Positions 18,132 through 27,738 of a stretch of DNA of 64,000 nucleotides are shown here, one piece after another. A model generated the notes under the pieces. The model saw nothing but the letters and a program-made list of their open reading frames with translations, was not told where the DNA came from and did no database searches. The position numbers were made by a program, and so were the translations under genes. Within the stretch, counting starts at the first letter, position 1, and each line of letters begins with the position of its first letter. The DNA lies in IMG/VR virus record IMGVR_UViG_3300020477_000990, positions 1-64,000 of that record; one strand, given 5' to 3'.

Positions 18132-19058
18132 ATGACATTAGCACAGCATGAGTTTGGTAAAACTGTAGAAAAGAAGTTTTATTATTCAGAAATATTTCAC
18201 AGTATTCAAGGTGAAGGACATTATACAGGTGTTCCTACTGCTTGGATAAGATTCTTTTTATGTAATTTACAATGCAATGGATTTGGACAAAAAGATCCAA
18301 CAAATCCAGATACATATGAATTACCATTTGAAGACTTTGATGTATCAAGTGTAGATAAAGTAGAAGATCTTCCAGTATGGGATAAAGGTTGTGATTCGTC
18401 ATATACTTGGGCAAAAAAATTTAAACAATTAATGGGGTATGAAACTCCTACAGTATTAGCAAATAAAATTGTAGATATAATGAAAAATGAAAGTAATCCA
18501 GATGGATTATTTTTACATCCTGTTACAGGACAAAGACAACATTTATGTTTTACAGGTGGTGAACCATTAATGGTATTGGCACAAACAGCGATTGTGGGAA
18601 TTTATCAAGAATTACAAAAGCAAAATAATTTGCCAGGATCAATGACATTTGAAACTAATGGAACACAGAAATTAAGACCACAGTTTATAGATTGGGTAAA
18701 CTCAATTGATACAGAAGTGTTTTTTAGTTGTAGTCCAAAATTATTTACAGTATCAGGTGAAAAGTCTATGAAAGCAATTAAACCTGAAATAGTTGCAGAG
18801 TATAGAAAACTTTCTGATAAAGGACAATTAAAGTTTGTTGTAGGTTCTGAAGATAGAGAATGGGAAGAAATGGAATCAGTAATTAAACAATTTAAAGAAG
18901 CAGGTGTTGACTGGCCTATATGGGTTATGCCAACAGGTGCTAGAGAAGAAGAGCAAATAGAAGGTGCTGGTAAAGTAGCAGAAAAGGCTTTTAAACGAGG
19001 TTATAATGTTGCGGCAAGAGTTCACGTATATTTGTTTGGAAATGCAATAGGTACATAA
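18132..19058 (+). CDS. queE: 7-carboxy-7-deazaguanine synthase (radical SAM)
   Basis: EIFHSIQGEG, RFFLCNLQC...CDS, TGGEP, ETNGT, SPK, RVH. Confidence 0.88.
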   Translation: MTLAQHEFGKTVEKKFYYSEIFHSIQGEGHYTGVPTAWIRFFLCNLQCNGFGQKDPTNPDTYELPFEDFDVSSVDKVEDLPVWDKGCDSSYTWAKKFKQLMGYETPTVLANKIVDIMKNESNPDGLFLHPVTGQRQHLCFTGGEPLMVLAQTAIVGIYQELQKQNNLPGSMTFETNGTQKLRPQFIDWVNSIDTEVFFSCSPKLFTVSGEKSMKAIKPEIVAEYRKLSDKGQLKFVVGSEDREWEEMESVIKQFKEAGVDWPIWVMPTGAREEEQIEGAGKVAEKAFKRGYNVAARVHVYLFGNAIGT

Positions 19059-19387
19059 TGAGAAGTTTAAAAGATTTATGGTTTGATGCAGAAGATGTTG
19101 TTAAAAAAATACAGATTAATTTTCCTGGATTTTTTGAAGTAGCAGTTAAAATATTAAAAACAGTAATACTGTTTATTTTATGTTCAGCTATTTTTATGAT
19201 TCTAATTGCAAAAGAATTTATAGTATCAATGTATAAAAAAATTAAATCTAAATTAAAAAAAGATAATGCTGTAGAAGAACTAGATGAATATGTAGATGAA
19301 TATGGAGCAAGAGAAGAAATTGTATTACCTGATAAAGTTGAACCAGGAGAATTAGATAAATTAGATAAAGTAAGGAAGTGGATGTGA
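19058..19387 (+). CDS. Single-TM hypothetical protein
   Basis: TAATG coupling; hydrophobic stretch. Confidence 0.55.
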   Translation: MRSLKDLWFDAEDVVKKIQINFPGFFEVAVKILKTVILFILCSAIFMILIAKEFIVSMYKKIKSKLKKDNAVEELDEYVDEYGAREEIVLPDKVEPGELDKLDKVRKWM

Positions 19388-19533
19388 TTGAAGAAGAACT
19401 TAAATTAAGTAAAACACAAAAAGAGTGGATAAAAGAGTTTATAAAAAAACATACAGCAAGAGGTTCACATAGATGGGCATTTTGGTGTGAAGGAATTATA
19501 ATAGGTTTAATAATAGGAACATTAATGTTGTGA
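19384..19533 (+). CDS. 49-aa protein with C-terminal TM, not in ORF track
   Basis: GTGA overlaps at both ends. Confidence 0.5.
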   Translation: MIEEELKLSKTQKEWIKEFIKKHTARGSHRWAFWCEGIIIGLIIGTLML

Positions 19534-19970
19534 TAAAAGATTTTTTAAAAAGTCGTGTACGAACTATATATGATAGAGATGGTAAAAAACCATATATGAT
19601 TAGATACTACTTGTTTTTAAAAGATAGAAAATGGTTTCCATTTAACTTTACATTACATAAAATTTGCTTATCAGACGAACCAACATTACATGATCATCCA
19701 TGGCCATGGATGTCAATTATTCTTAAAGGTGGGTATTGGGAATGGACTAGTAAGAAAAATCCAAAATGGAAAGGTCCTGGAAGAATGTCTTTTAGCTCAT
19801 CTAAAAGATTACATAGATTGCAATTAGGAAAAGATGTTTGGAATAATACTATTCCTTGTTGGACATTGTTTTTTATGGGTCCGAAAAGACGTGATTGGGG
19901 ATTTAAAGTTAAAGACAAATGGATTAATAACGAAAAATACTTATCTGATCGTAAAAAAGATGATAGCTAA
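19530..19970 (+). CDS. Cupin-like phage protein
   Basis: LHDHPW...GGYWE...HRL. Confidence 0.7.
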   Translation: MIKDFLKSRVRTIYDRDGKKPYMIRYYLFLKDRKWFPFNFTLHKICLSDEPTLHDHPWPWMSIILKGGYWEWTSKKNPKWKGPGRMSFSSSKRLHRLQLGKDVWNNTIPCWTLFFMGPKRRDWGFKVKDKWINNEKYLSDRKKDDS

Positions 19971-20316
19971 ACAAATACCTACTTGTATTAATTATGGTTG
20001 TAATAGATTAGTTACTAAAAGTGGAAAGTATAAACTAAGGCCAGTTTGTTGGAAATGCCACGAATCATCATATGGTGCCAGACAATTAGAAGAAGGTGTA
20101 AAGTTTTTTAAAAAAGAATATTGTGAAAATGTTAATGGATTTTTAGGATATAAATGTACAGCACATATTCCTTATTCAGGAGCATTAGAATTAGATCATA
20201 AAGATGGTAATCAATATAATAATGTAGAGGCCAACATACAAACATTATGTAAAGTGTGTCATTCTTGGAAAAGTAAGCAAAGTAATGATTATAAAAAGAC
20301 TAAAGAAACAATTTGA
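19960..20316 (+). CDS. HNH/Zn-finger protein
   Basis: CWKCH; LELDHKDGNQYNN...NIQTLCKVCH. Confidence 0.75.
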   Translation: MIAKQIPTCINYGCNRLVTKSGKYKLRPVCWKCHESSYGARQLEEGVKFFKKEYCENVNGFLGYKCTAHIPYSGALELDHKDGNQYNNVEANIQTLCKVCHSWKSKQSNDYKKTKETI

Positions 20317-20341
20317 CAAAATGAATAAATACGTATATAAT
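20313..20341 (+). promoter_or_regulatory. Sigma70-type early promoter
   Basis: TTGACA-N17-TATAAT. Confidence 0.75.
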
Positions 20342-20487
20342 GAAATATATAGATTATTTAAAACACGTAATAAAATTAATGGCCTATGATAATATTATAT
20401 TGTTTCCTATGGACAAAGTAGTTAATAGTGATATTGAACATTTTGAAAAACAAGTAAAGCCATTAAAAGAAAAGAGTAAGGAAAAAA

Positions 20488-20907
20488 ATGAAAAAGATAA
20501 AGATACCGTTTAAATATAATCCAACTAGTTGGTTTTTAAAAGGAAAAGAAAAAGAAATAGCTCAAGCCAAATATGAACTTAAAGGAACTGCACTAGATAA
20601 AAAATTGGCTGACATTGATGAAAAGCCTTTTGTGACTGTACTTAATACACATTTTGATCCAAACAATCCAAAACAAGGATACTTTGAATTAGATTGGAAT
20701 GACTCATTTATTACTATGTTAAACAAAAATGGTTACTCAGGTATAACTGAAGATGAAACTGTTAATAAATGGTTTGATGATTTATGTAAAGGTATTGTTT
20801 TAGAAACAATGGATACAGATGTATTAGACGAGCTAAAGTCACAAAAGAAAGAAGCAGAAAGCATTAAGAAAACTGCATTAGAGGACGGCAAAGTTGAATA
20901 CTCGTGA
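20488..20907 (+). CDS. Phage hypothetical protein
   Basis: GYFELDWND motif; precedes RNase H. Confidence 0.7.
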   Translation: MKKIKIPFKYNPTSWFLKGKEKEIAQAKYELKGTALDKKLADIDEKPFVTVLNTHFDPNNPKQGYFELDWNDSFITMLNKNGYSGITEDETVNKWFDDLCKGIVLETMDTDVLDELKSQKKEAESIKKTALEDGKVEYS

Positions 20908-21896
20908 CATATATTTTAGTTGATACTGCAAATACATTTTTTAGAGCCAGACACGTTTCAGGTAGAGGCACAGACCTTGATACAAAGATTAGTTTAGCAT
21001 TTCATATACTTTTTAATTCACTTAAAAAAGCAAATACTATGTTTTCAGGATCACACGTTGTATTCTGTTTAGAAGGACGTAGTTGGCGTAAAGATGTATA
21101 CGAACCATATAAAAAGAATCGTGCTGTAGTATTAGATAAAAGATCAACCGGCGAAAAAGAAGAAGATGAAGTATGGTGGGAAGCATTTGATGATTTTTGT
21201 ACATACGTAAAAGAAAACACAAATTGTTCAGTCTTGCGTGAATTAACATCAGAAGCAGATGACTTAATTGCGTTATGGACTCAAGCACACCCAAATGATA
21301 AACACGTTATTATATCTTCTGACTCTGATTTTTATCAATTAATTAATAATAACATTTCTTTATATAATGGTGTAGCAAATCAAATTGTTACTGCAAATGG
21401 ATTTTATGATGAAAAAGATAAACCTATTATAGATAAAAAAACAGGGCTAACAAAAATGCCACCTAATCCAGAGTGGATGTTATTTGAAAAATGTATAAGA
21501 GGAGATTCGGCTGATAATGTATTTTCTGCTTATCCAAAAGTACGTAAGACAAAATTAGAAGAAGCATTTAATGATAGATCCAACCAAGGTTTTATGTGGA
21601 ATAATTTAATGTTGCAACGTTGGACAGATCATAATGGTATTGAGCATAGAGTAAAAGAATGCTATGAACGAAATCAAAAGTTAATTGATCTTACTATGCA
21701 ACCAGAAGAAATTAAAACAAAAATTTATAAAGAAATTTATGATGCACAAAATCCAAAACACGTTGAGCAAGTTGGTGTTCGTTTTATGAAATTTTGTGCA
21801 AAATATGGTTTAAATAAGTTATCTGAACAGCCAACTGACCATGCTCAATATTTAAATGCAGGATATCCTCGTGCTACAAGCGAAGCAAATAATTAA
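20904..21896 (+). CDS. 5'-3' exonuclease / T4 RNase H-like
   Basis: LVDTAN, SWRK..YK.NR, EADDLI, SSDSDFYQL, GDSADN. Confidence 0.9.
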   Translation: MTYILVDTANTFFRARHVSGRGTDLDTKISLAFHILFNSLKKANTMFSGSHVVFCLEGRSWRKDVYEPYKKNRAVVLDKRSTGEKEEDEVWWEAFDDFCTYVKENTNCSVLRELTSEADDLIALWTQAHPNDKHVIISSDSDFYQLINNNISLYNGVANQIVTANGFYDEKDKPIIDKKTGLTKMPPNPEWMLFEKCIRGDSADNVFSAYPKVRKTKLEEAFNDRSNQGFMWNNLMLQRWTDHNGIEHRVKECYERNQKLIDLTMQPEEIKTKIYKEIYDAQNPKHVEQVGVRFMKFCAKYGLNKLSEQPTDHAQYLNAGYPRATSEANN

Positions 21897-22380
21897 AGAT
21901 TCATTTTGGATTTTAGAAAGCAATGAGCAAAAGGTTGGAACTATGAGGAAATCATCTAATACTTGGCAAATCTTATTAGAGCAAAATAAACAAGAATTTC
22001 AAGATTATAATGATGTAATTAACTTTTTAGGTTCAGATCCTTTAATTAAGAAAAAAAATAATATAGAAGAACCAGAAGCAGGAAAGTTTGATGTAAATGG
22101 GTATCCTACAGACATCAAGCCATATAATATTGAAGTACATAATAACTTACCAACCTACACTAAGACGTCAAAATCGCAGGTTAGGCATTGTGCAGGGTAT
22201 TATTGTGTAGAGTTTCCAAAGGGCTGGGTACCCTCTTATAACCCCAAATTACCTACCTTAATTGAGAATGCTATGTCGTTCGCAGGTCCATTTTATTCAG
22301 AAATGGAAATGCAAATCAACATAAATAATAAAAAGCGAGAAAGACGACAAGCATGGCAACAAACAACTACGAAAACGTAA
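21856..22380 (+). CDS. Hypothetical protein
   Basis: ORF; KSQVRHCAGYY. Confidence 0.65.
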   Translation: MQDILVLQAKQIIKDSFWILESNEQKVGTMRKSSNTWQILLEQNKQEFQDYNDVINFLGSDPLIKKKNNIEEPEAGKFDVNGYPTDIKPYNIEVHNNLPTYTKTSKSQVRHCAGYYCVEFPKGWVPSYNPKLPTLIENAMSFAGPFYSEMEMQININNKKRERRQAWQQTTTKT

Positions 22381-22580
22381 AGAATTTTTGCAATAGAGTT
22401 ATTAATTTAGAAAAGACTCATAGCACGGAAATTCGTCTAACTCGTGAAGAAGCTGTATCAATTATGTGTGAACTTAATCAATTGTTAATTAACGAATCTG
22501 CAAAAATTAAAGTTCCTGTAAGTAATACACAGAAAATGGTTTCTAGTGTATCTGTAGATGCAGGCACATTTAAGGATTAA
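22353..22580 (+). CDS. Hypothetical protein
   Basis: ORF in operon. Confidence 0.6.
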   Translation: MATNNYENVKNFCNRVINLEKTHSTEIRLTREEAVSIMCELNQLLINESAKIKVPVSNTQKMVSSVSVDAGTFKD

Positions 22581-22582
22581 TA

Positions 22583-23713
22583 ATGAAAAAGTTTTTAACA
22601 GTATTATCTATTATATTTTTACTGACTATTCCAACGAATGTCTCTAGTAATCAAGATGATAATAATCCAAATACATTTGAATACAAAACGTCTATATTCA
22701 GTAGCACAGCGGATATAGTTGACAAAGTAATATCATCAGTAGTTTACATTTATATTGAGCAAAGAGTTGCAACTGAAGAAGGTGACAATGATTTTGGTGG
22801 GCTTATGCCTCCACGTGGAGTTCCAATTACTGGAGTAGGTACAGGATTTTTTATAAACGATCAAGGATATATTGTTACAAATGCACACGTGGTTAAAGGT
22901 GCACAAGATCTTACAATTTATTATTGGTCATCACCATTAGAATTTAATAAAGCACAAATAATAGGTGTTGATGCAATAGCTGACATTGCCGTAATTAAAA
23001 TTGAACCATTGTTACCAACTGATTATGTTGAATGGGGTGATAGTGAAGCAGTAAGATTAGGTGAAGATGTTCTTGCAATTGGTCACGGTATGAGTATGCC
23101 ATGGTCAGTTACTAAAGGAATTATTAGTTATACACACAGACAAAAACCTGGATCTCCAATGATTGTTTACAATCAATCTGATGCTGTTATTAATCAAGGT
23201 AATTCAGGTGGTCCATTGTTTAATATGAATGGAGAAGTTATCGGTGTTAATACTTTATTATTTTCGCAAACTGGTTCATTTTCAGGAGTTGGATTTTCTT
23301 TACCATCAGTTTTAGCAGAACGTTCTGTTAGACATATTATGAATACTGCGGAATATGATAGTGATGGAAATATTACTAAACAAGGATTTGTTACATATCC
23401 AGCAATTGGAATTCATGTAACAACAGTTGAAACTAAAGAAGAACGTCAAGAGTTACTTGATAAAGGAATAAAATCTATAGTTATAATTGACCAAACACCA
23501 GAAGATGGTGCGGCATATGAAGCCGGATTACTAAAAGGTGATATTATAACGTTTGTTGATGGAAATGAAATAATAACTTCACTTGACCTTATAAAGCAAT
23601 TGTGGTATAATGATATAGGTGATACAGTAGATGTAGTAGTAATAAGAAATGATGAAGAACTAACAATACCTGTAACATTAAAAGAGTTTAAATTTGCAAA
23701 AGAAGGAAAATAA
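22583..23713 (+). CDS. HtrA/DegP-like serine protease with PDZ domain
   Basis: Signal peptide; TNAHVV, DIAVIKI, GNSGGPL; C-terminal GLLKGDII. Confidence 0.93.
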   Translation: MKKFLTVLSIIFLLTIPTNVSSNQDDNNPNTFEYKTSIFSSTADIVDKVISSVVYIYIEQRVATEEGDNDFGGLMPPRGVPITGVGTGFFINDQGYIVTNAHVVKGAQDLTIYYWSSPLEFNKAQIIGVDAIADIAVIKIEPLLPTDYVEWGDSEAVRLGEDVLAIGHGMSMPWSVTKGIISYTHRQKPGSPMIVYNQSDAVINQGNSGGPLFNMNGEVIGVNTLLFSQTGSFSGVGFSLPSVLAERSVRHIMNTAEYDSDGNITKQGFVTYPAIGIHVTTVETKEERQELLDKGIKSIVIIDQTPEDGAAYEAGLLKGDIITFVDGNEIITSLDLIKQLWYNDIGDTVDVVVIRNDEELTIPVTLKEFKFAKEGK

Positions 23714-23949
23714 TGAAAAAAGTAGTTTTATATTCTAAAAATTTATGTGGATATTGCACAATGGCTAAATCATGGTTAAACAATAAAGGTGTACAATATG
23801 AAGAAATTAGTATTGAAGAGCCAGAAATACGCGAAAAGTTCATGAAAGATTATCCACAGCTTCGTCAAATGCCACAAATCTTTGTAGATGGTGAAAATAT
23901 TGGTGGTTATCAGCAATTAATTAAACTAGACGAATCATCATTAAAATAG
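23713..23949 (+). CDS. Glutaredoxin
   Basis: CGYC, PQIF, IGGY. Confidence 0.9.
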   Translation: MKKVVLYSKNLCGYCTMAKSWLNNKGVQYEEISIEEPEIREKFMKDYPQLRQMPQIFVDGENIGGYQQLIKLDESSLK

Positions 23950-23957
23950 TATAAATA
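23950..23957 (+). promoter_or_regulatory. T4-type late promoter
   Basis: TATAAATA 8 nt before ATG 23966. Confidence 0.65.
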
Positions 23958-23965
23958 CAATTGTT

Positions 23966-24472
23966 ATGGAAGCAAACGATATAGTTAATAATCATTATGC
24001 AATTCACAAAAGCACTAGCCTTTTAGATGCTTTGCTTGAGTTTGAAAAAGCATTAGATGAAATGGGGTTATATACCTATAGAAATTGGGATCAAGGCGAA
24101 ATAGTTGAAGGTCCTAAAATTAGTAGATATTGGATAGAAACAACATTAATGTATCCACGCAATGAGATGCCAGATCCAACAGGTGGACAACGATTATTAG
24201 GCTATGACTGTAAAGTGTCTTATAAAAAAGACAATTACAAATCACCACGCAAAGTAGAATCATATGACGATTATCAACCAGGCACAAGAAAGCCAAAAGT
24301 TGATGACGTTCCAGTTTGGTTAGTTAATATAAAAATGCCTAAGAAATTTTTAGAAAACTTTAATTTAGAATTAGAAGCAGATCAAACAGATCAAACTGCG
24401 GCTGATCAAGAAGCCCAACAACAAGGGCAGGAGGAAGGGTTAAACGATGAAGCTTTACTCACTGATCAATAA
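23966..24472 (+). CDS. Phage hypothetical protein (late)
   Basis: NW..GE.VEGP...RYW...MPDPTGG. Confidence 0.75.
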   Translation: MEANDIVNNHYAIHKSTSLLDALLEFEKALDEMGLYTYRNWDQGEIVEGPKISRYWIETTLMYPRNEMPDPTGGQRLLGYDCKVSYKKDNYKSPRKVESYDDYQPGTRKPKVDDVPVWLVNIKMPKKFLENFNLELEADQTDQTAADQEAQQQGQEEGLNDEALLTDQ

Positions 24473-24872
24473 AGATAAGTTAGACGAAGGTCTAAGACCA
24501 AATGATTTACAACATTTGATTTTAGATAAAATTAGTCTTGATGAGTTTGAACCAAAAAGTGGTGATTCAAAAGATATATTAGTAATGGGCTTGTATTCAG
24601 TTGATGAAGAGCCTGCAAGAGATTTAAGTAGATTTATTGAACGAGGTTATATTGATGTAATTGATACAGAAGTATCACCTGGACCAGATGAAGATGGAAA
24701 CTATATGGTGTTTGTTGAAATCAATAAAAATAAAGACACAATGAAAAGAGTTTCAGAAATATTAAATGATATTAAGACTATTACATCTATTAATGAATGG
24801 CAATTACATTTTTATCGTGGCGGAGTACGTTCTTTAACTGAAGATATGATCAAACAAGCTATCAGAGGTTAA
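24447..24872 (+). CDS. Phage hypothetical protein
   Basis: ORF in late operon. Confidence 0.7.
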   Translation: MKLYSLINKDKLDEGLRPNDLQHLILDKISLDEFEPKSGDSKDILVMGLYSVDEEPARDLSRFIERGYIDVIDTEVSPGPDEDGNYMVFVEINKNKDTMKRVSEILNDIKTITSINEWQLHFYRGGVRSLTEDMIKQAIRG

Positions 24873-25090
24873 TGACGAAAGATAATATTATAAAAATGAG
24901 TGGTTCGGTGATCTCAGTTTTACCAGCTGGAATGTTTAAAGTAAAATTAGAAAATGGACATGAAATAATGGGGCATTTGAGCGGTAGGATGAGAAAGAAT
25001 CACATTAAAATTTTAGTTGAAGATAAAGTAGATTTAGAAATATCAGCTTATGATGTTACTAAAGGAAGAATAGTATATAGGTACAAATAA
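24872..25090 (+). CDS. infA: Translation initiation factor IF-1
   Basis: LPAGMFKVKLENGH...SGRMRKNHIKIL...YDVTKGRIVYR. Confidence 0.95.
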   Translation: MTKDNIIKMSGSVISVLPAGMFKVKLENGHEIMGHLSGRMRKNHIKILVEDKVDLEISAYDVTKGRIVYRYK

Positions 25091-25091
25091 T

Positions 25092-25385
25092 ATGTGGGAA
25101 TATATTACATCAATGATTAATGCAATGTTCACAGATAGATTGTGGATGTGGACAGCTATTGCAGGTGCAATATTTGGTGCATTGTTTATTGCATATATGC
25201 GTAACACAAGAATTGCTGTTTGGGTTTATGGCAAGTGGGACGCATTAATTGATTTCTTTCGTGATAGATACGGATGGACTTGGCTTAATCAAGACTTAGG
25301 TGCTTGGAGAAAAGTACACCCGCAACTAACAAAAGAAATAGAAGTTATCAAGAGTAGGCTTGATAAACTTGAAAAGAAAAAGTAA
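25092..25385 (+). CDS. Membrane protein
   Basis: N-terminal TM segment. Confidence 0.65.
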   Translation: MWEYITSMINAMFTDRLWMWTAIAGAIFGALFIAYMRNTRIAVWVYGKWDALIDFFRDRYGWTWLNQDLGAWRKVHPQLTKEIEVIKSRLDKLEKKK

Positions 25386-25389
25386 GGAG

Positions 25390-25554
25390 ATGAACATGAA
25401 TTATATTACTGAGAGACTAGGCGAAAAAGCATCACATGGTGGACTAGGTTTAGTTGCTGTGGGATTAATTATTTTATTTTTAGGTAGCTGGGTGAATATC
25501 GCGGCTTATGCCGCTATTGCCTTCGGTGCTTATCAATTTTTAACTAGAGGCTAA
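25390..25554 (+). CDS. Small 2-TM protein (holin-like?)
   Basis: AAGGAG RBS, Met-Asn-Met dual start, ERLGEKAS plus two TMs. Confidence 0.55.
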   Translation: MNMNYITERLGEKASHGGLGLVAVGLIILFLGSWVNIAAYAAIAFGAYQFLTRG

Positions 25555-25555
25555 T

Positions 25556-26053
25556 ATGAGATTTAGAGAACTAGTTCAGGCAATACAAGAAAGCATGAGT
25601 TTTAATGCAGGTTATCTAGAAAAACGAGATGACGGAAAGCATTGGGTCGGTGTTATAGATTCTGGTGATAGATATGAACCAGATGCTTATAAATCAGATT
25701 GGCCTGCTAACAAAATGCCGAAAATGAATCCGAAATATAAACCTGAGCTAGACCTCTCTCTTGCTAACACAAATATGAGAATGGTAATGGATGAACTTGG
25801 GTATCCAACAAATTTAGAAGACGTTGATCCATTTCCAATTGATGAATTTATTGCAAGAACTACACAATGGTTACAAAAAGCAATTGGAAAACCATCACCA
25901 GAAGAAAAACCACACGTAGATCAAAATCCAGGCGGACCAACAATGATTAGTGGTGGCAAACCAGAGGGTTATTATAACCAAGTAATTAAAGGTATGAACC
26001 ATATTGCTAGGGTTGGTAAGCAGAATGGAGCAACTCATGTCTGGGCCATTTAA
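25556..26053 (+). CDS. Hypothetical protein
   Basis: 165-aa ORF. Confidence 0.7.
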   Translation: MRFRELVQAIQESMSFNAGYLEKRDDGKHWVGVIDSGDRYEPDAYKSDWPANKMPKMNPKYKPELDLSLANTNMRMVMDELGYPTNLEDVDPFPIDEFIARTTQWLQKAIGKPSPEEKPHVDQNPGGPTMISGGKPEGYYNQVIKGMNHIARVGKQNGATHVWAI

Positions 26054-26831
26054 CTTTACGGTTGATAAATTTGATAAAGATACAGCATTATTTTTTGCTA
26101 AATTAAGTAAAGCGGCATACTATTCACAAAAAGCATTTATACATTTTTTAAGACAAGAAGAAATTTCTAAAATTAATTATAAATTTTTAGATCTTGACAG
26201 TAGTCAAGCATACGTACTATGGGATGATGAAAATTTTATAGTTGCATTTAGAGGAACAGAAACATCTGAAGTAAAAGACATCTTATCAGATGCTAAAATT
26301 TGGAAATCACGTGCTTGGGAAGGTGGAAAAGTTCATAGCGGATTTAAAGGTTATGTTGATGAAATTTGGGCAGATATTAAAATGCTTTTCTTTAAGCATG
26401 GTACTAATGAAGAAACTAAAAAAACTAAAAAGGTATATTTTACAGGACATTCATTAGGAGGTGCCGCGGCAACAATTGGAGCGGCAAGGTTAGGAACATT
26501 TTCAACAGGTTGTTTTACTTTTGGGTCACCAAGAGTTGGTAATAGAAAATTTGTTAAGTCAATTTATTGTCCTGTTTGGCGTTTTAGAAATAAAAGAGAT
26601 TTAGTTTCTAGAGTTCCAACAGCATTTTTTGGATATACACACGCAGGTAAGTTTTGCTATATAGATGAAAAAGGTGTATTACGTATAGGTGCTGTTTCAT
26701 TTGCTAGATTATTTAAAGATAGTATTAAAAGTTTGCTTAATTTTACACTAGGTGATGGTTTATTAGATCATTCTATAAGTGATTATTGTAAACATATAAA
26801 TAACTGTGATAAGGTATTAGTAAAAAAATAA
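26037..26831 (+). CDS. Lipase class 3
   Basis: VAFRGT, VHSGF, TGHSLGGA, FGSPRVG, DLVSRVP. Confidence 0.92.
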   Translation: MSGPFNFTVDKFDKDTALFFAKLSKAAYYSQKAFIHFLRQEEISKINYKFLDLDSSQAYVLWDDENFIVAFRGTETSEVKDILSDAKIWKSRAWEGGKVHSGFKGYVDEIWADIKMLFFKHGTNEETKKTKKVYFTGHSLGGAAATIGAARLGTFSTGCFTFGSPRVGNRKFVKSIYCPVWRFRNKRDLVSRVPTAFFGYTHAGKFCYIDEKGVLRIGAVSFARLFKDSIKSLLNFTLGDGLLDHSISDYCKHINNCDKVLVKK

Positions 26832-26832
26832 A

Positions 26833-27312
26833 ATGTTCGGTTATATTAGATTAATAATGACAATCGCTTTAATAGGTGGTTTAGCAGGTGCAGGAATGTA
26901 CGTGATGAAATTACGTGCGGATAATGCCATTTTAAAAACAAATCAAATTAAATTAGAGCAAAGCATAGAAGCACAGCACAAAACTATTGAACAGCAAAAG
27001 AAAGATATAAAAGAAATAGTTGCGGCTAATAGAGAAATGAATAAGTTAGTTAATAATTTAAAAGAAGATTTACAAAATTTAGATAAAAGATTTACTAAAA
27101 ATGGAAGAGACATTGGTAAACTTGCAGAGAAAAAACCAAAGTTAATTGAAAAGATTGTTAATAATGCAAGTGAACGTGCAAAACGATGTGTTGAAATAGC
27201 ATCAGGGGCCCCATTAACAGAACAGGAATTAAATGCTACGAAGAAATCAGAAATTAATCCTGAATGTCCTTCAATAGCAAATCCAAATTATGTACCTTAT
27301 GCGGTGGAGTAA
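26833..27312 (+). CDS. Putative i-spanin (Rz-like)
   Basis: N-terminal TM, long coiled coil, C-terminal Cys pair. Confidence 0.55.
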   Translation: MFGYIRLIMTIALIGGLAGAGMYVMKLRADNAILKTNQIKLEQSIEAQHKTIEQQKKDIKEIVAANREMNKLVNNLKEDLQNLDKRFTKNGRDIGKLAEKKPKLIEKIVNNASERAKRCVEIASGAPLTEQELNATKKSEINPECPSIANPNYVPYAVE

Positions 27313-27316
27313 CGAT

Positions 27317-27700
27317 ATGGAAAAAATTTTAGCATCAATATTATTAGTGTTATTTTTATCAGGTTGTTCAGCTGGGTTTGGTGAAAAAAGAATTAAATTA
27401 TTTACAGTAGAAGAACCAAGAGCTAAATTAGATTTAGAATCTCCTGCTCCTTTAACATTAGAAGACATTAGATGGATTATTATTACATCTGAAAATGCTG
27501 AAGAAGTATTTAAAAAATTAGAAGCAGAAGGATATGATCCAGTTTTATTTGGCCTAACTGATAAAGAATATGAAATGATTGCCAAAAACTTTGCAAAAAT
27601 TCGTTCGTATCTAAAAGAACAAAACGCAATACTTGAAAAATATAGAGAGTATTACGAAGAAGACAATTCCAAAAAAGAAAATACCAATAAAGCCAAATAA
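27317..27700 (+). CDS. Putative o-spanin (Rz1-like lipoprotein)
   Basis: LSGC lipobox; directly follows the Rz-like gene. Confidence 0.55.
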   Translation: MEKILASILLVLFLSGCSAGFGEKRIKLFTVEEPRAKLDLESPAPLTLEDIRWIIITSENAEEVFKKLEAEGYDPVLFGLTDKEYEMIAKNFAKIRSYLKEQNAILEKYREYYEEDNSKKENTNKAK

Positions 27701-27704
27701 TTGC

Positions 27705-27732
27705 TTGACATTCTTTTTAAGTGTTATATAAT
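27705..27732 (+). promoter_or_regulatory. Sigma70-type promoter giving a leaderless dnaJ transcript
   Basis: TTGACA-N16-TATAAT; ATG 6 nt later. Confidence 0.72.
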
Positions 27733-27738
27733 ATACAT

